64,000 nucleotides of DNA from the human T2T-CHM13v2.0 reference genome, Homo sapiens: the NCBI RefSeq assembly GCF_009914755.1, contig NC_060939.1; one strand, written 5' to 3'. The first letter of the stretch is position 1. Each line of letters begins with the position of its first letter. Shown here piece by piece: positions 43,668 through 57,184 of the stretch. The notes below the pieces were generated by a model that searched no databases, was not told the origin of the DNA, and saw nothing but the letters and a program-made list of their open reading frames with translations. A program made the translations under genes and the position numbers.

Positions 43668-46600
43668 TAATTGATAGTGTCTTCTAAGGGCCCATGGACA
43701 AGATCCGTTACTACCTGTAAACTCATGCCTTCTCCGAAATAATTTGTTTTTTAAATTATTACCCTGTGATTTCAGTGAATCTATTGTCACATACTCAGAA
43801 ACTTAGATTATCACTGAGACTAGATAAACATAAAACATTATGTGTTGGTATGGAGGTTTATTAAATTCAAAAACACCATGTAACAAAATATGCTACAGCT
43901 GAACACATATTTAAATAAATGTTAAATAATGCTCCTTACAATTACTTGATCACCAATGGAAATCCCTATATTCATATAAACTAAGAAAAAATAAATAACA
44001 TAGCTGAAGAAATGTTTATCAAATTAGAAAGTTCAGAGAATTCCATAGCAATGTAAAAGAACCCAAGGGAGAGGTTTATCCTTTATGAAAAACAGAGTTT
44101 ATAATTTATGTCTTTCCCACTTGTCTCTTTTTTTTCTTCTCTGCTGTCCTAGTTTTCAGCAGCATTCATTAAGCAAAACACATTTGCATTGAGGTTACCT
44201 TGAATATTTCTATTCTCCACTAACAAACCACATCTCTTCTCACATAAATCCAGGTAGACTTCAGAGTAATTTTTTTAATACTTTTCAAAATAGACTTTAT
44301 TTTTAGAGCAGTTTTAGTAACTCACAGCAAAATTGAGAGAAAGGAACAGAGCTTTCCCATAAAGCCCCTATTCCTATACATGCACAGCCTCTCCCCCTCC
44401 AGTATCAATTCCTTGCACCAGAGTGATACATTTGTTACAATTAATCAACCTACACTGACACATCATTACCACATAAAGTGCATAGTTTACATCAGAGTTC
44501 ACTCTTGATTTTGTATGTTCTGTGGGTTTTGACAAACATATAATAATATGTATCCACCACTACGGTGTCATACAGAATAATTTCACAGCCCTAAAAATCC
44601 TCTGTTCTCTGCCTATTCATCTCTTTCTCTAACCCTGGCCAACCACTGATCTTTCTACTGTCTCCATAGTTTTGCCTTTTCCAGAATGTCATAGAGTTGG
44701 ATCAAACAGTATGTAGCCTCTCCATATTGGCTTCTTTCACTTAGTAATAAGATAAGTACTCATTTAAGTCTCCTTTTCAAGATTTGATAGCTCATTTCTT
44801 TTCACAGCTGACCAATATGCCATTGTCTGGATGTACCACAGTTCATTTATCCATTCACTTACCGGAGGACATCTTGGTTGCTTCCAAGATGTTGGATGCA
44901 TTTGCCAGTTATTAATAAAGCTGCAATAAACAACCTTGTGCATTTTTTTTGTGGATACAATTTTCAACTCCTTTGGGTAAATACCAAGAAGCATAATTGC
45001 TGGATCACATCATAAAAGTATATTTAGTTTGATAAGAAAGTGTCAAATATTCTTCCAAAGCAGCTGTACCATTTTGCATTCCCACTAGCTATGAATAAGA
45101 GCTCCTGTTGCCTTCCATTTTGCTGTCAATGAGGGTTGTCAGTGTTTCGGGTTTTGGCCATACTAACAGGCCTTCAGCAGTATCTCACTTGTTTTAATTA
45201 GCATTTCCTTAATGACATATAATGCAGAGCATCTTTTCATATGCTAATATTTCTCATTTGCATATCTCTTTGATGAGAGGTCTGTTCAGGTCTTTGGCCC
45301 ATTTTTAAAATCAGGTTGTTCTTTTTTATTGTTGAGTTTTGGTTAAGAATCCTTCATCAGTTATGTCTTTTGCAAATATTTTCTGTCTGTGGCTTGTCTT
45401 TTCATTCTCTTGATTGTGTCTCTCAGGGCAGAAATTTTTTATTTTAATTAAATATTGCTTACCAATTCTTTCTTTAGAAGATTATGTCTTTGGTGTTGTA
45501 TCTAAAAAGCCTTTGCCCAAACCTACGTCATCTAAGTTTTTTTCAGTGTAATCTTGTAGGAGTTTTATAGTTTTGCATTTTACATATAGATCTATGATCT
45601 ATTTTGAGTTAATTTTTTGTGACAAATGTAAGGTCTATATCTAGATTCTTTTTTTTTCAAATATGGATATTCAGTTGTTCTAGCACCATTTGTTGAAAAG
45701 ATTACCTATTCCACATTGTATTACCTTTATTCCTTAGTCAAAGATCAGTTGACTATACTTAGATTATCTATTTCTGGACTGTCTATCCTGTTCCTTTGAC
45801 TTATTTGTCTGTTCTTTCACTAATATCACATTATATTAATTACTGTGGCTTTATAGTAAGTCTTGAAGTAAGTTAACATCAATCCTCCAAATTTATTATT
45901 CTTCTTCCACGTTGTATTTGACTATTCTGAGCCTTTGCCATTTCAGAAAAACTTTAGGATCAGTTTGTTAACATCTACAAAGAAACTTGCTTGGATTTTG
46001 ACTAGGATTTTATCGAACCTATAGACACGATGTCTTGACACTATTGAGTCTTAATATACACAAACATGAAATATCTTCCCATTTATCTAGTTTTTTTTAT
46101 TTCTTTCATTAGAGTTTTGTAGTTTTCCTCATAACAATTTTGCACATATTTTGTTTGATTTACAGCTATTTAATTTGGGGAGGTGCCAATGTAAATTGTG
46201 TTATGTTTTAAATTTCAAATTTCATGTGTTCATTTATAGTATGTAGGAAAGAGATTGATGTTTCTGTGTTTACTTCATATCCTGCAAAATTGCTATAATC
46301 TTTTCTTAGTTCTAAGAATTATTTTGTCAATTCTTTCAGTTTCCCACATAGACAATCATATCACCTATGAACAGTTTTACTTCTTCTTTCCCTATGAGTA
46401 TACTTTTTATTTTATTGTCTTATTGTACTATCTAAGGCTTCCAGTATGGTGTTTAAAAGGAGTGGTAAGACATCCCTGCTTTGTTCCTAATCTTCATGAG
46501 ATAGTTTCTCATTTCTTATCATTAACTATGTTGTTAGCTATAGGTTTTTTCTAGACATTTTTGTCAAGTTAAGGAAGTTCTCCTTTATTCTTGTTTACTG

Positions 46601-47635
46601 AGTTTCTATTATGAATGGCTGTTAGATTTTGCCAAATGCTTTTTCTGTATCTACTAATATGATCATGTAATTTTTTTTTCTTTAACCTGTTGATGAAATT
46701 AAAGACATTAATTTTTGAATGTTGAACCAGCCCTGCATATCTGGGATAAATCTCATTTGATCATCATGTATAATTATTTTTATATATTTTAAAATCTGAT
46801 TTGCCAATATTTTTTGAGGATTTTTACATGCATGTTTATGAAAGATACTGGTCTATAATTTTCTTTTCTTGTAATATCTTTGGTTTTGGTGTTAGGTCAA
46901 TGCTGTCCTCATAGAATGAATCAGGAAGTAGCTCCTTTGCTTTTATCATATAAAAGAGACCGTAGAGAATTGGTATAATTTCTTTCTTAAATAAAATTCA
47001 CCAGTGAACCCGTTGGGACCTGGTACTTTCTGTTTTAGAAGATTGTTATTTCTTCGACTTCATTATCAGTTATAAGCTGATTCATATGGTTTATTTCTTC
47101 TTGCATGAGTTTTGGCAGATTGTGTTTCTCAAGGGTTTGGTCCATTTCATCTAAGTTACCAAATTTCTGAACATAGAGATGATATCACAACTTGATGTTT
47201 AGGTTCTTTTAATGTCCATGAGATCTTTATTGATATCTTCTATTTCATTTCTGGTATTAGTAATTTGTTGTCTTCTCTACTTTTTCTTAGTTAGCCTGGT
47301 TAGAGGTTTATTGATTTTATTGATCCTTTCAAAGAATAAGCTTTTGACTTTGTTGATTTTCTCTAGCAATTTTTGGTTTTCAATTTACATTGATTTCTGC
47401 TTTAATTTTTATTATTTTTTTCTGCTTACTTTGGCTTTAATTTTTCTTCTAGTTTCTAAGGTAGAAGCTTAGATTTTCAATTTTAGATATTTCTTACTTT
47501 TCAATGCCATAAATTTTATTGTAAGCGCTGCTTTCACTGCATCTCAAAATTTTGATAACTTGTGCTTTCATTTTTAATTGGATAAAATATGTTTTAATTT
47601 CTCATATGATTTCTTCTTTGACTCATGTGTTATTA

Positions 47636-48463
47636 ATCAGGACAGCCATTATGGAAAACAGTTTGGAGGTTCTTTAAAAATTAAAGATAGAACTAACATA
47701 TAATCTAACAATCCCACTTCTGGGTATATATTCAAAGGAAATGAAATCAGTATGTTGAAAAGATATCTGCACTCTCACGTTCACTGCAGCATTATTTACA
47801 ATAGCCAAGATATGGAACCAACCTAAGTGTGTAATGATAGATGAATAGATAAAGAAAACATGGTACATACACACAAAAAAAATCAGTCCTAAACAAATCC
47901 TGTCATTTGCAACAATATGTATGAACCTGATGGGCTTATATTAAGTGAAATAAAATGGACAAAGAAAAACAAATACTGCATAATCTTACTTATATACGGA
48001 ATCTTAAAGAGTTGCACTCATAGAAGCAGAAAATAGAATGATAGTTACCAGGGTCTGGGGGAAGGGGAAGGAATGCAGATGTTGGTCAAAGGATACAAAG
48101 TTTTAGTTATGCAGGATGAATAAGTTTAAGTTCTGCAGATCTATTCTACAGCATGGTGATGATAGTTAATAATAACGTATTGTATGCTTGCAAATTGCTA
48201 AGTGAATAGATCTTAAATGTTCTTACCACAAAAATAATAAACATGTAAGGTTTTGAATATGTCATTTAATTTAATAATTTACAATGCATATGGATATCAA
48301 AATATCATGTTGTACACCTTAACTATACACAATTTCTTTTTTTTTTTTTTTTTTTTGAGACGGAGTCTCCCTCTGTCGCCCAGGCTGGAGTGCAGTGGCG
48401 CGATCTCGGCTCACTGCAAGCTCCGCCTCCCTTGTTGATCATACCTTCATAAAGGTGGAAGAG
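47636..48463 (+). mobile_element. L1MA 3' fragment inserted into L1MC
   Basis: acagccattatggaaaacagtttggaggtt, gaaatcagtatgttgaaaagatatctgcactc, ttgctaagtgaatagatcttaaatgttct, tgttgtacacctt. Confidence 0.88.
48337..48431 (-). mobile_element. Heavily 5'-truncated young AluY (about 75 bp plus tail)
   Basis: T20 then gagacggagtctc...ggcgcgatctcggctcactgcaagctccgcctccc. AluY diagnostic gcaagctcc. CpGs largely intact. Confidence 0.92.
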
Positions 48464-49388
48464 AAATAGAAGTGGATTGTTTAATCTTCATATATTTTGG
48501 GATTGCCATCTATCTTTGTTATTATCTCTAATTCTAGTTTGGTAAGAGAAAATACTTTGTATGATTTCTAATCTTTCAGCTTTTTAAAAGTGTGCTTTTT
48601 AGCCCAGAGTGTAATCTATATTAGAAAACATGGGAAAACTTAAGAAGACTGTGTATACCGCTGTTGTTGGATGAAGAAGTTGATAGATGTCAATTATATT
48701 CAGTTAATCAGTGACATTATTTAGTTCAACCATGTTCTTATTTATTTTCTGTCTGCTGGATCTGTTCATTTCTAATAAAGGAGAGTTGAAATTTCCAATA
48801 ATAATAGATTCATCTACTTCTCCTTCTATTTCTACCAGCTTTTCCCTCACGTATCTTAATGCTCTGTTGTTAAGCACATACACACTGAAGGCTGTTATTT
48901 CTTCTGGGAGAACTGACCCCTTTATCATTATGTAATGCCTGAAGTTATCCCTGATAACTTCTTTGCCTTGAGTATTCTCTGTCTCAAATTAATATAGCTG
49001 TATCTCCTTTCTTTTGATTAGCGTTATCATGGTATATATTCTCCATCCCTTTACTTTTAATCTATATGTGTCTTGATATTTAATTGGATTCCCTGCAGAT
49101 AACATGTAGTTGACACTTTTGTTATCTACTCTGAAGATCTCTGTCTCTTAATAAAGTAGTAATTAGGATTTAAGGTGATTATTGATATACTTAGATTAAT
49201 AACTACCATTTTTGTTACTGTCTTCTATTTATTGCCCTTCCCTTTGTTTCTATTTTTGTTTCCATTCTTCTTTTTTGTTGTTGACTTCAAATGGGTATTT
49301 TATATGATTCAATTTTCTCTCATTTCTTAACATATCAGTTATACTTATTTTTTTCAAAACTTTTAAAAATAGTTGTCCTAGAGTTTAC

Positions 49389-49688
49389 AGCTTGTTCAAA
49401 ATAATAGCAACAATATATTCAATTATGTATACTTTTGTATACACATAAGTTTAGATATGCTTATACATAAGAAATATTACAACCAATCCAAGCCCACCTT
49501 CAAATAATACTACACTGCTTCACAGAGAATAGAAGGACCTTATAATAACAAAGTAATCCTAAATTTTTCTCCTGTACTTTGTATCACTGCTGTCATTCAT
49601 TTCTTATGCATAGGCATATCTAAGCTTATATGTATACATAAGTATACATAATTGAATATATTGTTGCTATTATTATTTTGAACAAGCT
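49389..49688. repeat. Inverted repeat with arms 49389-49475 and 49599-49688
   Basis: Arm 2 is the reverse complement of arm 1 with 5 substitutions and one 3-bp indel. Spacer 123 bp. Confidence 0.95.
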
Positions 49689-50972
49689 ATTGTATGCTAT
49701 ATCAATTAAGAATAAGAAAAATAAAAGTTTATATCGTACTTTCACTTATGCCTTCTCTAACGCTCTTCCTTTCCTTACGTAGATCTTAATTCCTGACCTA
49801 TATTATTTTCCTTCTCTCTAAGGAACTTCTTTTAACATTTCTTGTAAGGTAGTCTTTCAACAAAAAATAAAATAAAATAAAATAAAGTAAAATAAAATAA
49901 AATAAAATAAATCCCCAATTTCTATTTGTTTAAGAAAGTTTTTATTTATCCTATATTTTTGAAGAATAATTCTGCTTAGTAGAGAATTCTAGGTTGGTGG
50001 AGGTTTTTCCCCAACATTTAAATATTTCACCTCACTCTTTTCTTTCTTTCATAGTCTCTGAGGAGAAGTCAGATGTTATTCTTATCTTTTCTTCTCTAAA
50101 GGCAAGCTGTTTCTGCACACACACACACACGCACACCCCACCACCCACTCTGGCTTCTTTCAGGATTTTTTCTTTATCTTTGCTTTTCTATAGTTTGAAA
50201 ATTATATGCTTACATGTTGTATTTTGGCATTTATCCTGCTTGGTGTTTTCTGAGCTTACTTGATCTGTGGTCTAGTGTCTAACATTAATTTGGGGAAACT
50301 CTCAGTCATTATTGCTTCAAATAATTCTTCTGTTCCTTTCTCTAGTTGTTCTCCCTCTAGTATTTTCATTATACACATGTTATACCTTTTGTAGTTATCC
50401 CACAATTCTTGGATATTCTGCTCTGTTTTTTTTTTCTTTCAACCTTTTCTGTCTTTGCTCTTCATTTTGGGAGGTTTCTACTGAGATATCCTCAAGCTCA
50501 GAAATTTTTTCCCCAGCCCTGTCTGGTCTACTAATAAGCCCATCAAAGACATTCTTCATTTCTGTTATGGTTATCATGGTATATATTCTCCATTCTTTTT
50601 TTAAAAATCTCTAGCTATTCTTTTGATTTTTTTCTTAAAAGTTTCACCTTTTTGCTTACATTGCCCATCTGTTCTTGCATCCTGTCTATTTTGTCCATTA
50701 GAGTCTTTAGCATATTAATCATAGTTATTTTTGGTTTGGGTCATAATCCTGAGAGACACAACTCCAAACACCATAATCCTGAATGTTGAAATCAAAAAAA
50801 TCAAAATCCCTAAAGTCTAAAATCCCAACAATCACAATCCTCAAAGATAAAAATTCTGAAAATATTTTGAAAAAATAATTTTAAAAGTATTCCAAATATA
50901 TTTATTTGCATTTTAAAGAGTAGTTAAAAACATGTTGTTTTTAACATGTTTGTCACATAAAACATGACAACG

Positions 50973-51285
50973 GGGCCCAGTGCGGTGGCTCAGGCCTGTA
51001 ATCTCAGCACTTTGGGAGGCCGAGGTGGGCAGATCACGAGGTCAGGAGATCGAGGCCATCCTGGCTAACACAGTGAAACCCCGTCTCTACCAAAAATACA
51101 AAAAAATAAGGAACGTAAAAATTAGCCGGGCATGATGGTGGGCGCCTGTAGTCCCAGCTACTTGGGAGGCTGAGACAGGAGAATGGCATGAACCCGGGAG
51201 ATGGAGCTTGCAGGATCCGAGATTGCACCACTGCACTCCAGCCTGGGTGACAGAGTGAGACACTGTCTCAAAAAAAAAAAAAAAA
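50973..51285 (+). mobile_element. AluY with an expanded middle A-rich linker
   Basis: gatcacgaggtcaggagatcgag, ctggctaacac, gaatggcatgaacccgg. Flanked by tgacaac on both sides. Confidence 0.95.
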
Positions 51286-51554
51286 GGTGACAACACTTCA
51301 TAGCCAGCATAATAAAATAGACCAACACAATAAAATAGGCTATAACATTTAAATATTAAAATATTTAATAAAATATTAATAAAATATTAATAAAATAAAA
51401 TATTTGAATGTTAAATGCATATTTTTGCAAGCATAAACACTCAGGTATACTAACAGTCACACAGGTACAACAGCTATGAGCAGACAAACTGTTTTCATAA
51501 AACAATAGCTTCTATAGCCATAGTCATCCGAAATACAATGGACAACCTAAGTCT

Positions 51555-53036
51555 TTTTTGTTTATTTTATTTTAAGTTCAGGGGTACACATGCAAGTTTG
51601 TAATTCTGATAAACTTGCGTCATGGGGTTTTGTTGTACAGTTTATTTCATCACTCAGGTATTAAGCCTAGCACCCATTAGTTATTTTTCCTGATCCTCTT
51701 TCTCCTCCCACCACCACCCTCAAGTAGGCTCCAGTATCTGCTGTTGCCCTCTGTGTCCATGTGTTGTCATCCTTTTACTCCTACTTATAACAACATGCAG
51801 TTTTTGGTTTCCTGTTTCTGTGTTAGTTTGCTAAGGATAAAAGCCTCCAGTTCCATTCATGTAACTGCAAAGAACACAATCTTATTCTTTTTTATGGCTG
51901 TATGGTATTCCATTGTGTATATGTACCACATTTTCTTTATCCAGTCTACCACTGATGGAAATTTAGATTGATTCCATGTCTTTGCTATTGTGAAAGTGCT
52001 GTGATAAACACATGTGTGCAAGTGTCTTTATGACAGAATGATTTCTATTCCTTTAGGTATATACCCAGTAATGGGATTGCTGGGTCAAATGCTGTTTATG
52101 TTTCTAGTTCTTTGAGGAATCACCACACTCCTTTCCACAATGGTTGTATTACAACTTCAGCAAAGTCTTAGGATACAAAATCAATGTACAAAAATCATAG
52201 CATTCCTATATACCAACAACAGTCAAACCAGGAATTAAATCCCATTCATAATTGCCACAAAAATAGGAATACAGATAACCATGGATGTGAAATATCTTTA
52301 CAAGGAGAACTACAAAACACTGCTAAAAAAAATCAGAGATGACAAAAACAAACAGAAAAACAATCCATGCACCTGGATAGGAAGAATCGATATTGTTAAA
52401 ATGGCCAAATGGCCATACTGTCCAAAGCAATTTATAGATTCAATGCTATTTCTATTAAACTCCCCATGACAATCTTCACAGAACTAGAAAAGCTATTTTA
52501 AAATTCATATAGAACCATAAAAAGGCCTGAACATCCAAGGCAGTCCTAAGCAAAAAGAACAAAGCTGAAGTCATCACAGTACCAGACTTCAAACTATACT
52601 TCTGGGCTACAGTCACCAAAACAGCATGGTACTAGTACAAAAGCAGACACATAGACCAATGAAACAGAATAGAGATCCCAGAAATAGGGCTGCACACCTA
52701 CAACCATCTGATCTTCAACAAAGCTAACAAAAACAAGCAATGCGGAAAGGACCCTCTATTCAGTAAATGGTACTGAGATAACTGGCTAGCCATATGCAGG
52801 AGACTGAAACTGGACACCTTCCTTACACCAAACACAAGAATTAACTCAAGATGGATTGATGAGTTAAATGTAAAACCCAAAACTATAAAAACCCTAGAAG
52901 ACAACCTAGGCAATACCATCCTGGACATAGGAACAGGCAAAGATTTTATGATGAAGATGCCAAAAGCAAAGGCAAACAAAAGCTAAAATTGACAAATGAG
53001 ATCTAATTAAACTAAAGAGCTCTGGCATAGCAAAAA

Positions 53037-53069
<33 letters not shown>

Positions 53070-53440
53070 AAAGAAAATCAACAGAGTGAACTGACAGCCT
53101 ACAGAATGGAAGAAAATACTTGTAAACTATGCACTGACAAAAGTCTAACATCCAACATTATAAGGAACTTAAATTTATGCAAAAAACAAACAACCTCATT
53201 AAAAAGTGGGCAAAGGACATAAACAGACACTTTTCAAAAGAAGATACACATGTGGCCAGCAAGCATATGAAAAAAAGCTCAACATCACTGATCATTATAG
53301 AAATGCAAATCAAAACCACAATAAGATACCATTTCACACCAATCAGAATGGCTGTTATTAAAAGGTTAAAAAATAACAGGCGTTGGAGAGGTTGCAGAGA
53401 AAAAGGAATGCTTATATGCTGTTGGTGGCAGTGTAAATTT
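51555..53440 (-). mobile_element. L1PA (PA13-like) insertion with a 5' inversion (twin priming)
   Basis: The 3' end and tail are on the minus strand at 51555-52148, and an ORF2 segment is on the plus strand at 52150-53440. TSD caacctaagtctttt (51543) / caacctaggtctgtt (53441). Confidence 0.93.
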
Positions 53441-53902
53441 CAACCTAGGTCTGTTGACAAGATCAATCTCCTTCAGAGAAGGAGGCAGAAGGATAAGACA
53501 ATATGGACTACAATTCTGAGATGTCACCTTTTGCTCACAGTGAATCACCCTTTTCTTACAGAGATAATAAAAATTCAAAGGATATTTGAAAGGGCAAATC
53601 AGACTAGTCATTCTGTGTGGCTTTTAGATTGACATATCCCTAGTGAGGTCATGAAGCCTAATTATCACATTTTGATCTGGTAACTATGCTTTCATAGAGG
53701 ACTCTACCCTCTTTCTGTCCATCATTCTCTCATGGCAAGTCCAAATTCCACATTGGGAAACTTCAGAGCCCATGTAGATGACCAATCAATACCTTATTTT
53801 CATCACTCCTTGACCTTCTCAACTTCAATGACCATGACCCAGATTTCACATGTCACTCCATGTCCCCAGAACTTGCCATCGCCTCAAATAAACTGTATTT
53901 CA

Positions 53903-54226
<324 letters not shown>

Positions 54227-54416
54227 TCAGCTTCTGACCATAATTTCTGACTCTACCAGAACCTTCAATTACTCTTTAAACCACAGCTTCCTCCCTGGCT
54301 CCCTTCATCATAGCCCAGTTGAACTGTCCCTGACTGTCATTCCCCCTTCTTGACCCTGTCAGAAGCCCAGGGCTGATGGTCTGAACCTGTCCCTGAACAC
54401 CCCTCTCCATGCCATC

Positions 54417-54776
54417 TGTATTAATCCATTCTTATGCTGCCCATAAAGACATACCTGAGGCTGGGTAATTTATAAAGAAAAAGAAGTTTAATGAACTCAC
54501 AGTTCCACGTGGCTGGGGAGGCCTCACAATCCTGGCAGAAGGCAAGGAGGAGCAAAGGCACATCTCAGGTGGCGACAGGAAAGAGAGAGTAGGAGAACTC
54601 TCCTTTATAAAACCATCAGATCTCATGAGATTCATTCACTATCACACGAACAGCACAGGAAAGACCTGCCCCCATGATTCAATTACTTCCCACTGGGTCC
54701 CTCCCATGACACATGGGAATTATGGGAGCTACAATTCAAGATGAGATTTGGGTGGGGACAAAGCCAAACCATATCA
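54417..54776 (-). mobile_element. THE1 (THE1C-like) solo LTR
   Basis: cacagttccacgtggctggggaggcctcacaatc...gatgagatttgggtggggac...aaaccatatca. Perfect 5-bp TSD ccatc. Confidence 0.95.
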
Positions 54777-55419
54777 CCATCCTCCTATTGCACATGGCAA
54801 GCCAAACCAGAAGCGACATGAGCTCTTCACTGATTCTGTTCTGGCACATTAAACCCACACAACGAAAGTCACATCAAACATGCTGACTTGGTCAACACAT
54901 ATTCATGACCTCTAACCTACATTGATACATCAACACCAAAAATTTATGACTTTCCTTTTTATTCCTACACAACCACATTGGCTTCACTCTCAGCAGACAA
55001 GCAAGTTTCCTACTTCACTGAGGCTTCCAGATTTCTTCCTGTCAGCTGAATTATATGTTCCTCCCTCCAAAATGTTACTCAGTTTATGCCAAGCATATCT
55101 ACCTGTTTTATTCTCTTGCATCCAATTCCTACCTATTTCTTTAAGACCTACCCACCTCATCACCTGCTTTTCATCACCTGACCTCAAGTCCTCTCAAGCT
55201 ATCCAGTTTTTTCTTACTGTCTCAGACTTCCTCACAGAAGAGTCTGAAGAGCCTATATGCTTCCTTCACTACAAATTTATGCCTCAAATTGTGCAGGTCA
55301 TGGAATTGACTTCCTAATTGCTAAATAGGTGACTTTTTACAATTCTCATCTAACTAGACTTTTGCTACATTTGACACCATTGCTTACTACCTCATTTGTT
55401 TTATTTAAATGGCACAACA

Positions 55420-56410
55420 TTTATTTTTCACTTTTACTATTTAAATTTGTGTTAGGTAAACTTCAAATATATATAAAAATTGAGAGGCTATTATAATAAA
55501 CTTCCACATACCCATCAACAAGCTTTAAGAACTCTCAATTTGTTGTCAATATTGTTTCATCTCTTCTCTGTCCCACCATCCTCATCCCTGGTTATTTTGA
55601 AAATATCTCATACAATGTGTCACTTCATCAGTAAATATTTCAGTACGTATCTCAAGAGATAAATGGTTCTTTTGAAAGATATTTTTTAAAATATCATTGT
55701 CAAATGTAAATGTTAGTAAGTCTTTAATATCTATGCTCACAAAGATATCTTCTAATAATGTGCTTGTTTGAATCATATCCGAACAATGCCCATACATTGC
55801 AAGTGGTTGAATGTGTTTCTCTTTTTTCCTTGCAACTTAGTTAATGAAGAAACTGGGAGAGTGGGGTGGAGCATGCCTACAGTCCCAGCTACTCTGGAGA
55901 GCAAGTCAGGAGGATCTCCTGAGTTCAGGGGTTTGAGTCCAGCCTGGGCAACATAGAGAGACCCTTACTTCCAAAATATAACTAACTAATTAAATAAATA
56001 ATAAAATAATAAAATACAATTTTTAAAAAGAAACTAATTTATCCTGCAGTTTTCTACAGTCTGAATTTTGCTGATTGGAAAATTTTGTGTTATTCAACAT
56101 GTTTCTCTCTTTCTTATATTTATTTTAAATTCATGATTAGATCTAGAGGCTTGATTAGCCTCGAATTTTATTACACACACACACACAAACACACACACGC
56201 ATGCACTCACAACCACAGAAGAATACTCCAAAAGCTGTAATGTGTTCTTCCATCAAGAGCTACATAATGCCAGGTTGTCTCTAATTTCTGATGTCAGCAG
56301 CCATCGATGGTCATTGCCAAGATCCATTATTTCTTCCAAGGCTTCAAAAGGATTACACTATAATTCTAACATTTCTTCCCTTCTTACCTGAAATACTTTC
56401 ACTGCCTTGA
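55420..56410 (-). mobile_element. Old L1ME-type fragment containing an Alu monomer
   Basis: acttcaaatatatataaaaattgagag, catacccatca, cacttcatcagtaaatatttcagtacgtatctc. Confidence 0.55.
55853..56020 (+). mobile_element. Alu monomer (FLAM/FAM-like)
   Basis: gcatgcctacagtcccagctactc...aggatctcctgagttcagg...ccagcctgggcaacatagagagaccc, then an A-rich tail. Confidence 0.75.
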
Positions 56411-56819
56411 AATTTAATTGTTAGTGTTCATCGAGGGGCTGTTCTAGATACCAGGAAGATACCACAGACAAACGTCTCTGCTTTCTTGGAGTCTATATTT
56501 CAGTGGCACTTAGTTCCCATATGTAGTAGGTGCTCAATTAACACCAGTCACTGGATTTACACATGGTTCTCTTTCTACTGAATGCCTCTTAAATGCTAAT
56601 GTCCCCCATGGTCCTATTCAGAGCCTATTGCTCTTCTTACTATACTTTTCACAAGTGGTCTTATTCACTCTCATTATTTCAAAGGTTACTACTGATTATC
56701 ATTCACATTTATTAATCATTTCCAATGTATCAGGTACTACTCTAAGGAGAGTACGTATACTGAATCATTTCGTTTTCAAAACAATCAAATAAGGCAGTTA
56801 CTATTTGTTCCAGCTGGTA

Positions 56820-57182
56820 TTTATGACAGCCAGGAGAATGCTCCTCCCTGATCTCTGCTATTAACTGAGAGATCTCAGCTCCTGGGATCTGAAAATCATC
56901 ATAGCCTTTGTACTGAGGCCACATTTTTCAGTGCTTCAGGGATGAAGATCCTCTGACAGATGGATTTAGCTCAAGGACTCCTCAACAGTCCCACTGAACT
57001 TGCCTTATAACAGCTCAACTCTGCCCAAACTTCCACCTTCCTTCCCTGTCTCCTTCAGTAAGGGATTGGACATGCATTATCAATTGATAGCCCTCCAAGT
57101 TTCTCCTGGCTTTCTCTCAAAGTTCTCTTCCAGGTATTTTCTTTAATAAATAGCTTCCATATTTAATCTCTTCCTGGTGTTG
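56820..57182 (+). mobile_element. ERVL LTR (LTR41-like) 3' portion
   Basis: ccttccttccctgtctccttca...aataaatagcttccatatttaatctcttcctggtgt resembles an ERVL LTR R/U5 region. Confidence 0.5.
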
Positions 57183-57184
57183 GA

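Larger units (their letters stand above)
44275..50730 (-). mobile_element. Long L1MC (L1MC1-like): 3'UTR, ORF2 and ORF1 remnants
   Basis: 3' end ttttagagcagtttt...cacagcaaaattgag. Endonuclease-like ORF 48704-48928 (IIIGNFNSPL..MNRSSRQKINK). ORF1-like coiled coil 50395-50577 (EKISELEDISVE). Confidence 0.9.
50732..53470. mobile_element. Ricksha-like (MULE/MuDR) DNA transposon end, hosting an AluY and an L1
   Basis: Terminus ggtttgggtcataatcc...ccataatcctgaatgttgaaatc...aaaatccctaaagtctaaaatccc, with reiterated AATCC units matching the recalled Ricksha terminus. Right boundary uncertain. Confidence 0.7.
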
